Below, in pieces: positions 1 through 10,919 of a stretch of DNA of 64,000 bases. The notes under the pieces are model-generated. The model worked only from the letters and a program-made list of their open reading frames with translations. It searched no databases and was not told where the DNA came from. The stretch's first letter is position 1, and every line of letters begins with the position of its first letter. Source of the DNA: Sedimentisphaerales bacterium. GTDB taxonomy: Bacteria > Planctomycetota > Phycisphaerae > Sedimentisphaerales > SM23-30. Where the stretch lies: assembly GCA_963666285.1 (NCBI GenBank), contig OY762711.1. The stretch is one strand, 5' to 3'. The translations under genes were made by a program, and so were the position numbers.

Positions 1-1537
1 AAATAGTGTCATTGTCAGAAATATAGATATCTGACAGATTTGGCTGTGTGATTAAGATGCCAAGTTCATCCGGCAATGCTTCGACGAGTCCATCTAGTTT
101 ATGCCAGGTAGCGCCGCCATCAAAAGAGAATTCTAGTTTAACTGGAAGCCTATTACCTTTTGTTGAAAACTCGTTAACATAGCTTAAACATTGCTTTAAA
201 CGCCTAGTAAATGGAGCATAATTCGGCTGTCCGCTAGAGGTAACATAGCTACTACCGATCACAGTAGAAAAATCAAACACATCTCCACGATTGGCAGCAC
301 CTGAATATTTGCCAGATTCGTTCAGGGCCCAACGTCTACCAACAAATGGCCTAAATCTGTCTCCTCTTGAATGATACAGCTGGTAGAACGTATAAGCATT
401 TGGATCAGTCGCTTGCTTAAGTTCCTTTTCAGTAAAAAATAAATTGCTAATATCCGGAACCAGGTTACTATCTAGCCAGCCTGGCACCAACTCTAGTGTA
501 ACCTCAAATTTATGTACGCCGCCAAGACCAACCGGCTGGTTGATCACGGGTGTAATATCTTCTGTCATTTCCATTGCGGCTAGAATCTTATCGCCACGAG
601 TGATAGCATCAAGGATTGACTCAGAAGCATTAGCCGCATAAAACTCGTGTGAAGTTGAATGCGTACAGGAACTGCCTCTTTTGAAGAATACTAATTTGTC
701 CCCTCCGGTTGTTTGATCCCAGTCAATTCTGAATGACCAGCCGAGTTGCCTACATATCGTGTCTATTGCTTCCAGCATGTTCATACCATCGACGCTAACA
801 GAAGCAAGCTCGGTATCAAAGTCAGAGTGATCTAATCCCATATCAGCAAATGAAGCTGTTAATAAATAAGGAAAATACGAATATGAGAGGCTAGAACTCT
901 TCAGAATATAATCTATCATCCTGCGTGCAGTCCAATACTCCGCCTGAGACTCAATTGCTGTAAATACCGGCATATGGATGTAATTACTATTGTATGTAAA
1001 TATTTGTGCCGTGTTGACATCTTTATTCGGCCTGCCGCCATCATTAAAAATACACCGCCTCCCAAGTAACCAGGCTGCAGGTGTCGGTGTAGTTGTTACG
1101 GTAGCTAAAGGTACTGTTTTCATATCATTTTGATACGCAGAAGCAAGCCTGGCGTATTGTCCAAAGACAACTTGCGAAACTGCCATCAGCCAGCGAATGT
1201 CCTGAATATCAGTTGAGAGATGCTGTTTGCAAGAATCCTGGTTGCCGCTGAAACCTCTATCCATCTTAGCAGAGATGCCGGAGAATAGAATCGTATTACC
1301 AGCTTTGACTCTCACCTTATCACACCTTCCTACAGGTGAGATATGCCAGTCTATCGCCGGAAAGCTTATAACGGCTCTTGACGGCATTATACCCATATCA
1401 TAGACAATAGAGTCTACCTTGCAGCCTGCGATAGGTGTCCACTCTCCCCAGGTAACAGGGCTGCCGGCAACAGCGGTTGCAACCTCAACTGTCAATGTTG
1501 TTGCTATGCGTTCTAAATTATAGCGTTGTGTTGTCAT
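1..1537 (-). CDS. Phage tail-tip/baseplate-hub-like protein, 3' end beyond window
   Basis: Missing from ORF track (no stop in window). Frame starts at ATG 1537 (MTTQRYNLERIATTLTVEV...) and reads to the edge (>510 codons); SVDGMNMLEAIDTICRQLGWSFRID resembles hub proteins. Confidence 0.7.
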   Translation of the reverse strand, partial: MTTQRYNLERIATTLTVEVATAVAGSPVTWGEWTPIAGCKVDSIVYDMGIMPSRAVISFPAIDWHISPVGRCDKVRVKAGNTILFSGISAKMDRGFSGNQDSCKQHLSTDIQDIRWLMAVSQVVFGQYARLASAYQNDMKTVPLATVTTTPTPAAWLLGRRCIFNDGGRPNKDVNTAQIFTYNSNYIHMPVFTAIESQAEYWTARRMIDYILKSSSLSYSYFPYLLTASFADMGLDHSDFDTELASVSVDGMNMLEAIDTICRQLGWSFRIDWDQTTGGDKLVFFKRGSSCTHSTSHEFYAANASESILDAITRGDKILAAMEMTEDITPVINQPVGLGGVHKFEVTLELVPGWLDSNLVPDISNLFFTEKELKQATDPNAYTFYQLYHSRGDRFRPFVGRRWALNESGKYSGAANRGDVFDFSTVIGSSYVTSSGQPNYAPFTRRLKQCLSYVNEFSTKGNRLPVKLEFSFDGGATWHKLDGLVEALPDELGILITQPNLSDIYISDNDTI

Positions 1538-1545
1538 AATTAAAT

Positions 1546-4500
1546 CTAAACCGTATTGGATATTATTGTGGCAGAAGACCACGTGCCAGGATAATTGCCT
1601 ATGTCACTCCAATATCTAACCCTATAACTAATAGATTGAGTTTCATCTTTAAATGTTGCCGACGCATATGAGGCTGAGGGTAAGCTTACTACCGATGTTC
1701 CGGCAGAGTCTGTAATTTCCAGCTCATATGTTAGCGAATCTTGATACCACGGCACCTTAAATGTAAGCATATCCTGAAAATTAATACTGTCCGATGTAAT
1801 CCTGGCAGCGGTTGCTATCACCGCCTGGTGCGGGAAAAACATCGTCTCTTCAGATAACGCCAGGTTGTCGGAATTAACCACATCGCTGTAATTATCCGGA
1901 TATGCTCCACCCGAAACAGAACCGTAATTATCATGCGCCACGCAGGTCATATATATCGCAGAATAATCATGGAACGCTTCTACCTGCCATAGCGTCTGGC
2001 TGCCGTCCAGGGACTTATCATAAAGATAAGTCTCATCATCTTCATCCATCGCCGTTAGCCAGGCAGACAGACCGGTCACACCGGTTTCATCGACAACCGT
2101 TTCCAAAGTAAAATCATACAGGGTCCCATGTCCGGCCTCATCCTGGACCAGAGTTACCCAGGCCCTGATTCTCCAATCAGGTTCATAATTCTCATCCTCA
2201 TAGTCACTATGTCCCATTCCTGCATATACAAGATTAGCATCACACAGCTCAGGACCTCTCACAAATTTAAGATCAGGGACAGGCGGTTCTGAATCTATTA
2301 GGTCTCCAAAAACTAAATCACATCTCTCATATAATCTTTTAAAAGAGCAATTGTTATATAAAGACCAGTCCACCTCGGCATATAAAGGCTGATTGACAAC
2401 TTCTAGCTCCATATGCCATATACAAACAGGGACATCATCAATCCCGTTAACTCCTGACTGAGGACCTAACTGATTAGGATTCCCCCAGGGAGGAAGGAAT
2501 TCAATTACATTACAAGTCTCTCCACTTATCTCAACTGTCCCTGTTATATTTGAAGCTTGCAAAGGAACTGATACATATTCTGTAGGTCTTTCTATAATTC
2601 CATTTGTTCCACCTTCAAGGTGTTCATATAAATATTCAGTTCCATAACTTGAACCATCTCTGAAGAGAAAAACAGGGTCATGTGCCTGCTGTTCAAAGTT
2701 ACTATATATCCCTGTCCCAGTATCATAGTCTGAAGTTACTGAGATTAGTCCGGCGTTATTAGCAGTTAGAGCCAGTAAAACATAAGTTGTATAACCAGCC
2801 TCAAAGGGACTAATCCCTAATACATCTTGGTAAGTGTTGACATCAACAACCATACCTGCTCTCTCTATACAGACTCCTCCTTTCCAGTAACCACTATAAC
2901 TATCAATGTAAGCTTTCCATCCTTGCCCTACTCCCTCTATCGATCCGGTGGTTATCCAGTCTTCCATACCATCAGGATAATTTGTCGCATACCAGCTCTG
3001 TTGATTAGCAAACATAATTGCTAGAGCCTCTTCTTTTGTTGCAGAGGTTGGTATGCTCGTCCACACCCAGCTATAGGCATCTCCGAAACTGCTCTTATCA
3101 AGACTAGCCTGAATGCTGCGAATTAATTTATGATAAGTAAATTCGCATTGGGCGCAAGTTAACAGGTTAAGAATTTCTCTGCAATGATTCAGGATCCTGT
3201 AAACTCTATCGTAATATGCAGGAGTCGCGAAGTCTCCAAAGTGCCGTTCATTTATCTGTGTATCACAATATAGCGTGCCGGTCGGCACTGCATCAAGTAA
3301 AACAAAAGTTTTCCCAGCCGTAGAATCATATCTCCTAGTCTTGACGGTATAGACCGTTGTAACCGCATCGATTGCATGATCTGAACCTGTGAAGCTCCAT
3401 ATCTTATAGCCCGGTCTGGGTGTTGCCTGCTCGCCACTGAACGATATCAAAGCCCCGCTTTCAACGGTATAAGAGGGCAACGCCGTTCCAAAATCTGTAA
3501 TCGCCGGTATACTCATTGCCTCCGCCGATGTATCCTGTTGTGGTGCGTTTGATCTCGATGTGTCTAAAATACTCCTGCCCGGCATGCGAACATCGCGACT
3601 ATTAGAATCGAACCAGTAAGTTTGCATTCCGCAAGGATCTGCACTGCTTCCATCTATTCTGATATCTTCATAATGTCCCAAGGTATATTTCCATGTTCTC
3701 CGCCAGGTGCCTTCAACAACAGGATAGCATGCTTCCGCAAAATCTGTCCAATTATCTAAACCTGTTACACTATTACAACTAGATGACTCATTATATGTCC
3801 CTGTGTCCTGTTTTATCTCCCAGCGTTCATCCATAATCTGCTTCCAGGTCCATTTAGTATCTGACTTATCGAATACCCAATCATAGTAGTCAGAGCCTAA
3901 TTTTTTTAATAGCAATTCAATTGCAGATTCATTCTCTCCCCAAAAAACATCATCAAGAGCAGCCCACTGTTTTTGAGAAGGATTCAGTTTAGGGAGCCAT
4001 GCTTTTGAAGTTCCTCCCCAATCTAAAATATCCCCATAGGTAGTGTAGGAACTAGGCATAGAATACTTGGATTCCAGATACCCTCTGTGAGCAACTGGAG
4101 CAGTTGTGTTCTCATGATACCAAAGCCAGTTGTCTATATAGTCTTCATCAGGCTTCATAACCCAGGTCCTGCCTGAGAAACCTGAAGAAAAATCATAACC
4201 AGAAACACCATCAAAACTCATAGTTGTTACTTGTTTCTGGGCTATGAGTTCAATCATATTTTGAACAGCTCCGTTAAACTTTCCTTGGCTCCATTTGTCC
4301 TCCCATTTTGATGTATAGTGTTGAGATGGAAACCAGCCAGCCTCTCCGTGATATCCCATGGAGCCTATCTCAACTTGATGTATTTCTTGATACTGTTTAG
4401 ACCAGCTTGCTCCATGGTGGTCTGAATCACCTGTCCCAGTTGAATAGCCTGTCTCCATACAACTATCATAAGGACCTAGTGAATCAGGGTCTGTAATCTG

Positions 4501-5670
4501 TAGCGGGTCTATTTGAACCTTACTCTTATATTTCCACTTAGACCCCAAATCTCCTAAATAAAACTTAGGTTCAATGATCTCTTTTGGGTCAGTTGGGAAT
4601 GGGAGGTAATCAGAAACAGGAAAGACTGCTGTATAAAAATCATACTCCCCCAGTGTCCTGCTCCCGGCAAAATCTCCATAGGTCATAAACCTATGAGAGT
4701 TAGTATCAAAACAATGATATACAGAAGCATTAAACCCTCTCACCCAGTCCCCATTATAATCAACTGCTAATATTCCTCCTGTTGGAGGTCTTCCATCATT
4801 AGGACCTCTTAGAACATCAGGACCATCAAGAGGATACCTGTGATACATATCTTTGTTGCTCCACCATCTTCCTGTCCTGTATGAGTCATATCCTAAATCA
4901 GAAATATTAGCCAAGTCAGCATGTAAATCTCCATTAGTTCCATTATACGCACTTCCTGATGAACCGTGGTTACCCCTGAATATCCACCAGTCTCCCCCAA
5001 AGTCACATATAGCATCAACTTCTGAGAATCCTGAACATGATGTTAATTGAACACTGTTTCCCTCTAAATCAGTTGGAGTTATATATAAATAACTTCCTGA
5101 GACCCTTAATGAACCAACTCTGTAAAAACCATTGTTGACTTGTTCCCAATTAGAAGAAGTTGAATTAATTTTAAATGGAGTCCCTATTCTGAAATCATCT
5201 TGAACAGCATACCATTGCTCTGTTCCTGATGTAGGAGAAATAGTTGAACCTGTTTGAGTGAATAACCCATAAGAGCTTATTTGGGAACCTAATGAAAATT
5301 TAAATTCTCCCAAGGGATTAGTAGAAGTATCTACTTCTAATACTTCATAACTGAAATTATATTCATACCAGCATGAAATTGAGCCAGGTTTAATACTCGC
5401 CCAATCAATATTATGAAGCTTATCAGTTGTGTCATAAACAATATCAGAAGTTGGATAAGGAAGAAGCATATCTTCCCAATTATTTAAATAATTCTGGGAA
5501 GTTATATAAGGATTTCCTGAAAAAGAGCTATGAATGGCTGGCTTGCCAAAGCCAATAGAAGCAAGATAAATAAACCTTCTTATGTCTTCGTGATTCAGAT
5601 GATGGATTACATCACCAGGCACGATTGGCCATTGACCTAATTTCCAGATTGCTTCAGATTGATTAGACAT
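1546..5670 (-). CDS. Large virion (tail/receptor-binding-like) protein, 1374 aa
   Basis: Size, W/Y/D/G/S/T-rich beta-type composition, position among late genes. Confidence 0.6.
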   Translation of the reverse strand: MSNQSEAIWKLGQWPIVPGDVIHHLNHEDIRRFIYLASIGFGKPAIHSSFSGNPYITSQNYLNNWEDMLLPYPTSDIVYDTTDKLHNIDWASIKPGSISCWYEYNFSYEVLEVDTSTNPLGEFKFSLGSQISSYGLFTQTGSTISPTSGTEQWYAVQDDFRIGTPFKINSTSSNWEQVNNGFYRVGSLRVSGSYLYITPTDLEGNSVQLTSCSGFSEVDAICDFGGDWWIFRGNHGSSGSAYNGTNGDLHADLANISDLGYDSYRTGRWWSNKDMYHRYPLDGPDVLRGPNDGRPPTGGILAVDYNGDWVRGFNASVYHCFDTNSHRFMTYGDFAGSRTLGEYDFYTAVFPVSDYLPFPTDPKEIIEPKFYLGDLGSKWKYKSKVQIDPLQITDPDSLGPYDSCMETGYSTGTGDSDHHGASWSKQYQEIHQVEIGSMGYHGEAGWFPSQHYTSKWEDKWSQGKFNGAVQNMIELIAQKQVTTMSFDGVSGYDFSSGFSGRTWVMKPDEDYIDNWLWYHENTTAPVAHRGYLESKYSMPSSYTTYGDILDWGGTSKAWLPKLNPSQKQWAALDDVFWGENESAIELLLKKLGSDYYDWVFDKSDTKWTWKQIMDERWEIKQDTGTYNESSSCNSVTGLDNWTDFAEACYPVVEGTWRRTWKYTLGHYEDIRIDGSSADPCGMQTYWFDSNSRDVRMPGRSILDTSRSNAPQQDTSAEAMSIPAITDFGTALPSYTVESGALISFSGEQATPRPGYKIWSFTGSDHAIDAVTTVYTVKTRRYDSTAGKTFVLLDAVPTGTLYCDTQINERHFGDFATPAYYDRVYRILNHCREILNLLTCAQCEFTYHKLIRSIQASLDKSSFGDAYSWVWTSIPTSATKEEALAIMFANQQSWYATNYPDGMEDWITTGSIEGVGQGWKAYIDSYSGYWKGGVCIERAGMVVDVNTYQDVLGISPFEAGYTTYVLLALTANNAGLISVTSDYDTGTGIYSNFEQQAHDPVFLFRDGSSYGTEYLYEHLEGGTNGIIERPTEYVSVPLQASNITGTVEISGETCNVIEFLPPWGNPNQLGPQSGVNGIDDVPVCIWHMELEVVNQPLYAEVDWSLYNNCSFKRLYERCDLVFGDLIDSEPPVPDLKFVRGPELCDANLVYAGMGHSDYEDENYEPDWRIRAWVTLVQDEAGHGTLYDFTLETVVDETGVTGLSAWLTAMDEDDETYLYDKSLDGSQTLWQVEAFHDYSAIYMTCVAHDNYGSVSGGAYPDNYSDVVNSDNLALSEETMFFPHQAVIATAARITSDSINFQDMLTFKVPWYQDSLTYELEITDSAGTSVVSLPSASYASATFKDETQSISYRVRYWSDIGNYPGTWSSATIISNTV

Positions 5671-6150
5671 CTATACCCACACCGCCACTATATGACCTGT
5701 TTCGCTGTTATGCCTGAACGATGATGTACTTTCTCCGCCGACATATTTTAACGGCTCATCCAGATACCATATCGTATCAGCTTCAGCCGCATCCCATCTT
5801 GATACTATTCTGACAATTGATCCAACTTTAAACCAGGGCAGCCAATTTCTGATATCGGTTGCATTAGCGTCATACCCCTCGTATCCCAATGCTCGGTCGA
5901 TAGTAATATTAGTTCCATCACCAACCCAGGCACCGGAAGTATTAACCGACGCCTTCTGCACGGTATAATGATCGGCGGTCGCCGAATCGTATTCCGGGAT
6001 CTCGGTTACAATTGCCCATTGGAGAGAAGCCGCCCCTCCGCCTTCAGGACGCACCGCCTGCTCCGCCTGGATCATGATCGCTCCGTCCGGAGTGCCTGTT
6101 CGTTCCAGCGATGCTTTACGTGCTATATTGTCTCGTAGTAATTGACTCAT
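5671..6150 (-). CDS. Hypothetical virion protein
   Basis: 159 aa ORF abutting neighbours in late operon. Confidence 0.6.
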   Translation of the reverse strand: MSQLLRDNIARKASLERTGTPDGAIMIQAEQAVRPEGGGAASLQWAIVTEIPEYDSATADHYTVQKASVNTSGAWVGDGTNITIDRALGYEGYDANATDIRNWLPWFKVGSIVRIVSRWDAAEADTIWYLDEPLKYVGGESTSSFRHNSETGHIVAVWV

Positions 6151-6758
6151 TCGCTCTTCAATACTCCGTTAATCTTATCTTGGATCAGAGCTGTAACATC
6201 ATCAACCTTTTCGAGTGCTGCATCTATCAAGGCTCCGCTGCCGTGAATCGTAACACTCTTGGCAAAAGCAAACAACAATCTAAACTTACCTCGTTTCCCA
6301 TTCCTTCGTCCAAATAATAACTGCCCGCCGCTACGAACAAAAAAACCATCTTCCACCTGGCGAGGTGAGGTAAAGCGAGGTACTCCGCTCGGCGTAAAAT
6401 TTTCGCCTGCTGGAATTGCCAGGTATTTACTTTTTTTAGGTGTGATAGTGACAGTCTCATCGCCAAGCAGCCATTTATATTGATCAACATTACTGCCGTC
6501 AGGTATTCCGATTGACACACTGTTAGCATTCTGCTGCCAGCTCATCACAGCTGCCGACAGCATACCTGTCCGCCGTTTGAGATATTGACCGCTTAGATAT
6601 TCAGTTACCAGGTGACCGGCGATCATCTGGCCGCCTTCGGCCAGGCCTTCGCTAGCAGCATCAAAAATAGACCTGCCTCGCCCGATCATATCCTGCTCGA
6701 ACGTCCGCCAGCCACTACCAAGTTCTATCATCAACTGCATCGAAAACCTTAAATACAA
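6147..6758 (-). CDS. Neck/tail-completion protein (Mu gpG / HK97 gp10-like)
   Basis: Basic protein, LKRRTGMLSAAV motif, follows head-tail connector; start may be 6740. Confidence 0.6.
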   Translation of the reverse strand: MYLRFSMQLMIELGSGWRTFEQDMIGRGRSIFDAASEGLAEGGQMIAGHLVTEYLSGQYLKRRTGMLSAAVMSWQQNANSVSIGIPDGSNVDQYKWLLGDETVTITPKKSKYLAIPAGENFTPSGVPRFTSPRQVEDGFFVRSGGQLLFGRRNGKRGKFRLLFAFAKSVTIHGSGALIDAALEKVDDVTALIQDKINGVLKSE

Positions 6759-7348
6759 AAACCTGCGGGGTTCCTAAATAATTCCAACACTTTCAACACT
6801 TCCGGCAAAAACGGCTTCAGCGTATGCAGCTGACTATCGCCACCGTCAAAGCTCTCGCCTTTACTACCGGGATTATTCCGCCTGGTCAGCTCACAGATGC
6901 ATTGCTTGATCGCCGCACCACGCAGCGACTCCGGCACCACCTTCTCTCCATCGCCAGGCGTATCACCAGCCGCCGTATACCCGCCGCGATAGATCACCTG
7001 TACGCTATCAGCCTGTTTCGGCCAGTCACAATCAAGTCGCTGTAAAACGCCGTTTAACCCGGCTTTAACAATACGATAATCCGAATTTGCCGTAAGGGCA
7101 GCAGCACTATCGAAATCATAGGCACAGGACTCCTTAACGCTAACAACAGACACTATCGGCCAGGCATTCACGTGCAGCACATTCCCCGGCCCCTGGTGAT
7201 ACTCCGTATAATCGCCAACAATAAATTTACGCTGACAATATTCCTCGAACTGTGCCGTCACGCTCTTGGCAATTTCCAGTAGCACAGCATCATCGCCGCT
7301 GCCGGTTTCGCCCATAATTGTTTTAATTTGTGCTACAGTACAAAGCAT
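6749..7348 (-). CDS. Head-tail connector (HK97 gp6/SPP1 gp15-like)
   Basis: TVAQIK..DDAVL..FEEYCQRKF..PIVSVVSV..VIYRGGY..VPESLRGA pattern. Confidence 0.8.
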   Translation of the reverse strand: MLCTVAQIKTIMGETGSGDDAVLLEIAKSVTAQFEEYCQRKFIVGDYTEYHQGPGNVLHVNAWPIVSVVSVKESCAYDFDSAAALTANSDYRIVKAGLNGVLQRLDCDWPKQADSVQVIYRGGYTAAGDTPGDGEKVVPESLRGAAIKQCICELTRRNNPGSKGESFDGGDSQLHTLKPFLPEVLKVLELFRNPAGFCI

Positions 7349-7356
7349 ATCTTCAC

Positions 7357-9510
7357 CTATGGATAAACTGTCTTGACATTAGATTTATTAAGCTCTGTAT
7401 TCCCATAATGTGTCACTGAATCCGGATACAAACTTTCTATGTCGTTTGCCGTTAAGCTACCAACGTATAACTGAGGGTCTGCAATATACACTTCGACGTC
7501 TTCATTGTCGTACGAACTATTGGAATCAGGGTAGAAGAATATGTCGTCATCTGTTGGGCTGGCTGCACAAAATCCTGTTGCGATAAATGGAATCCACTGC
7601 CCTTTCTTTAGAGCGTAGTAATCACTTCGCTGTGTACGTGATTCGTTGCCTGGTATAAACTGAAGGTGGAAATATGGCGATAGCATATCTGGATTAGTAT
7701 TGGTATCTTCACCTATATAAACCATATAGACAACCGTTACCACTTGTCCTGCATACTCGGCCACTTGTCCTGCTGTTAACTTAAGCTGGAACCCTGAAGG
7801 AAGTATGCCAGATACGCCTGCTTTCTTGCAAGAATTGTATCTTATAGCCTCAGTATATTTATCTTCAGGTATTCCCGAAGTAACTATATTCCAGATGGCA
7901 TAACCATCTAATGTGAAAGTAATATCTTTCCCATCAACAGATATTGTTTCACCCTTTTGGAAAACTCCAGAAAGGGCATCGATACGGAATCTACCAACCA
8001 AATCACCTCCTGCAAGAGAACCGCTTACAGTCGTGACAGTACCATCGAGAGTCAATGTTGCTCCTGAAGTCTGTCCGGTCATAGTGTCATTATCTGCAAA
8101 GCTATCCGTTCCAGAACCACTAGTAAATGTCATCGTCTGTTCAGAATTATACCCGGAAGTTACAATTTGATCTGCAATCGCGGTAGCAGTTATTATATTC
8201 CGCTTATGTGGGTAATGCCCGCAAATATGACTTGTGATATTGACCCAAACATCACCAGTCTCATCTATGCAACGATCCCCATAAGGGGGTCGGAGCATGG
8301 CAATACATTCTCCATTCCATTCGATGAACGGAGAATATAATGTGTGACTACTGTTGTCCGAATAACGAACGACATCAGTACCTACCCGCAAGGCTAAATT
8401 GATTTCATCTGTTGCCGGGTCAACGGCATATATCTCAAATACACCATCATTATCCTCTAACCAAGCAGAAGTTCCTGAATAACTGGCAGTGGACACATAA
8501 ATTAACCCATTACCGCCAAGAGCAGGGTCAGAATAATGCCCATAAAAACCTGTATTCTTAATATTCTCATCCTTTAGTAGAGTTATTGTTCCACCCGGCG
8601 AATCAGCAGTATCGCCCATATCAAGCTTATATATCTTCTGAGAATCTCCTCCGCCAAGTAATTGATAAGGTGGAGAATCACTCATAAAATAAGCTACAGA
8701 GCCATTAGTTGGCAGGTCAACGATTCTCCAATCCTGAGCATTACCGGCAACTATATAATCGGAAATAACTTTGTCACTGGTCCATGCGCTTCTTGCTCCT
8801 GAACCCAAGGCCCATCGAGTGAACCATGTTGAAGGGGAATCAATCAGACTAGGTATGTCTGCCTCTGCACAGAACAGAATAGAACTGGCCTCATCAGTAT
8901 CACCGGTGTACACATACAGACCTTTGCCCTCAACGTAGGTAGCTCCATGTACATGCGTAACAGCAGCAAGATCAACGCCGAATAGATCATCCCAATTACC
9001 ATTATCACCACAAGCAGCATCGGTCGCAACTGAACTAACGTAAACCCTGTCATGGAAAGCTCCGCCTACATCACCGGGGACAGAACGAGCGAAATACAAT
9101 AGAATCCTACGCTCCGCAGAACCACCTGCACCACCAGTTGTATCTAGGGTTACTGTATGTCTACCTAGATCGACTAAAGACCTGCCAAGAGAGTTTTTAG
9201 CGTCTGGGATGTCCGCAAGTTTCGTAAACGCAGTAGTGCCGTCAGGAGATTTCATAAGACATGAATTGTCTGATGTGTCACCATAGTTAATGAATAAACC
9301 TACTCCGTTAATACCCCATGCTCTGGCTATGTAGTTGTTAGCAACCAGACTTCCACACAAAGTGCCTGTGCCTTCATAGTCTATCATCACCAGAGAATTG
9401 TTGGAATCTCCTGCATCCCATTTTTCGCCGCAAACTATTGAATCGCCAAACCTGCACCAGGGAGCGTAAATTTTAGAAGCTACAGTGTCATTAAATGTCC
9501 ATTGTTTCAT
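7357..9510 (-). CDS. Putative head fibre/adhesin (propeller plus carbohydrate-binding-like domain)
   Basis: 717 aa; HVHG..LYVYTGD propeller-like motif; between capsid and connector genes. Confidence 0.5.
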   Translation of the reverse strand: MKQWTFNDTVASKIYAPWCRFGDSIVCGEKWDAGDSNNSLVMIDYEGTGTLCGSLVANNYIARAWGINGVGLFINYGDTSDNSCLMKSPDGTTAFTKLADIPDAKNSLGRSLVDLGRHTVTLDTTGGAGGSAERRILLYFARSVPGDVGGAFHDRVYVSSVATDAACGDNGNWDDLFGVDLAAVTHVHGATYVEGKGLYVYTGDTDEASSILFCAEADIPSLIDSPSTWFTRWALGSGARSAWTSDKVISDYIVAGNAQDWRIVDLPTNGSVAYFMSDSPPYQLLGGGDSQKIYKLDMGDTADSPGGTITLLKDENIKNTGFYGHYSDPALGGNGLIYVSTASYSGTSAWLEDNDGVFEIYAVDPATDEINLALRVGTDVVRYSDNSSHTLYSPFIEWNGECIAMLRPPYGDRCIDETGDVWVNITSHICGHYPHKRNIITATAIADQIVTSGYNSEQTMTFTSGSGTDSFADNDTMTGQTSGATLTLDGTVTTVSGSLAGGDLVGRFRIDALSGVFQKGETISVDGKDITFTLDGYAIWNIVTSGIPEDKYTEAIRYNSCKKAGVSGILPSGFQLKLTAGQVAEYAGQVVTVVYMVYIGEDTNTNPDMLSPYFHLQFIPGNESRTQRSDYYALKKGQWIPFIATGFCAASPTDDDIFFYPDSNSSYDNEDVEVYIADPQLYVGSLTANDIESLYPDSVTHYGNTELNKSNVKTVYP

Positions 9511-9511
9511 C

Positions 9512-9901
9512 TTAATACCCCTTCACAACAGTTATTGTTTTAGCACCAGATACTACTTCAACAGAAAGATATCGATTCGTTATTGTCACAGAGCCACTAG
9601 CAGTATTAGCTTCGACCAGCAGCCAAACATCATTGTCTGCCGTTGGAATCTGAACACCTGCCGTCCCTGCCTCTATTGACTCAATAGCAGTTTGTATATC
9701 TGCCAAACTAGCACCTTCTAACCTTAAAACATTATTTTGAATCAGTCCTTTTGTGCTTTCAGTAGTAATAACTGTACAATAACTATCAGTCATCTCCGCA
9801 ACGTAAACATCGTCAATATGATAGAACTCTCCCTCATTATAAACTCTACCATCGCTTGTCTTGTAAGTTCGCTTCATATATACAAATTTAAACATGAGCA
9901 C
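9512..9901 (-). CDS. Hypothetical phage protein
   Basis: 129 aa ORF coupled in late operon. Confidence 0.6.
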   Translation of the reverse strand: MLMFKFVYMKRTYKTSDGRVYNEGEFYHIDDVYVAEMTDSYCTVITTESTKGLIQNNVLRLEGASLADIQTAIESIEAGTAGVQIPTADNDVWLLVEANTASGSVTITNRYLSVEVVSGAKTITVVKGY

Positions 9902-10279
9902 CTACGCTTTCTTTTCCGGTTCGACAGTGTGATACGTACCTGGAGCAAGTTTTTCAGCATTATAGCAATGCTGCCACTTGCCCTTGCCGTTCTGGTATGC
10001 ATAGCCAACCTGACCTCGCTTAGTAACTAGCCGCTGGATTTCCTTCAGCTTAGCTTCTGGTAGCGGATCCAGTTTACCATCACCACTATTATTTTTAGGC
10101 TCAGCTTTTTTGTTTTTATCGCTGCGTTCCTTCAGCGGTTTGCCCGCTACGTCAAGTACTCTATAGCTGTTTTTTGGTAGCTGCTTGACCATAGATTGAC
10201 CAAGCTCATAGGTCATATTACGATAATATTGGCCCATGATACCTGCCAGCCTTACTGTTCGTTTCATTTGAATTTTCAT
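9902..10279 (-). CDS. Hypothetical basic phage protein
   Basis: 125 aa, RBS GAGGA upstream. Confidence 0.6.
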   Translation of the reverse strand: MKIQMKRTVRLAGIMGQYYRNMTYELGQSMVKQLPKNSYRVLDVAGKPLKERSDKNKKAEPKNNSGDGKLDPLPEAKLKEIQRLVTKRGQVGYAYQNGKGKWQHCYNAEKLAPGTYHTVEPEKKA

Positions 10280-10362
10280 TTTATTATCCTCAAAGTTGCG
10301 GAGCTCTCCAAAGAGAGCCCCGCCTCAGAAATAACATTTGGCCTATCGCCGTTGTTTTTACT

Positions 10363-10818
10363 TTACGCCTTGACCAGCTCTTCCAGGCCCATAGCCGCTG
10401 CAGTTTCTTCAAGCACACCTTCGCCCTTTGATAGGACGGCATAGGCACACATATTTGCACCTGTTGCGCCGTCACCGGCTGTTGGCGCATTGAATCTTAC
10501 GTAACGCTTACCGGCATGACGCATATTCAGATGGATCGCAAACAGCTTATTATCTTCGGTAGCTGCAATCGCATCAGCCAGAGCGGCACCATCGATATCA
10601 GTGTATACACCATCGACTGTATCACATTCTTCCAGCTTCAGAGCTGCAGACGCCGTCGTCGAGCCGATAGTAGTATCAAGAGCTCCTACACCAAAAACAA
10701 ACAAACCTTCACGAAAACCAGCGGTATCAGCCGCACCATTATTAGCAAAGGCACCATTATCTTTAAGTTGAGGTGGCACCAGACTAACTACTTTTATTTT
10801 TCCAAGTAAATCGTGCAT
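10363..10818 (-). CDS. Capsid decoration/cement-like protein
   Basis: Ala/Gly-rich 151 aa directly after capsid gene; DTAGF..LEECDT..KRYVR pattern. Confidence 0.6.
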   Translation of the reverse strand: MHDLLGKIKVVSLVPPQLKDNGAFANNGAADTAGFREGLFVFGVGALDTTIGSTTASAALKLEECDTVDGVYTDIDGAALADAIAATEDNKLFAIHLNMRHAGKRYVRFNAPTAGDGATGANMCAYAVLSKGEGVLEETAAAMGLEELVKA

Positions 10819-10919
10819 TTTTTATATCTCCGTTAAAAGAGTTTTAATCATATATTAAAGAGTGTTTTCTCCCTGCCGGGATAGTTTCAAAACAATCACC
10901 AAATTTAAGCCGCTGTCAA

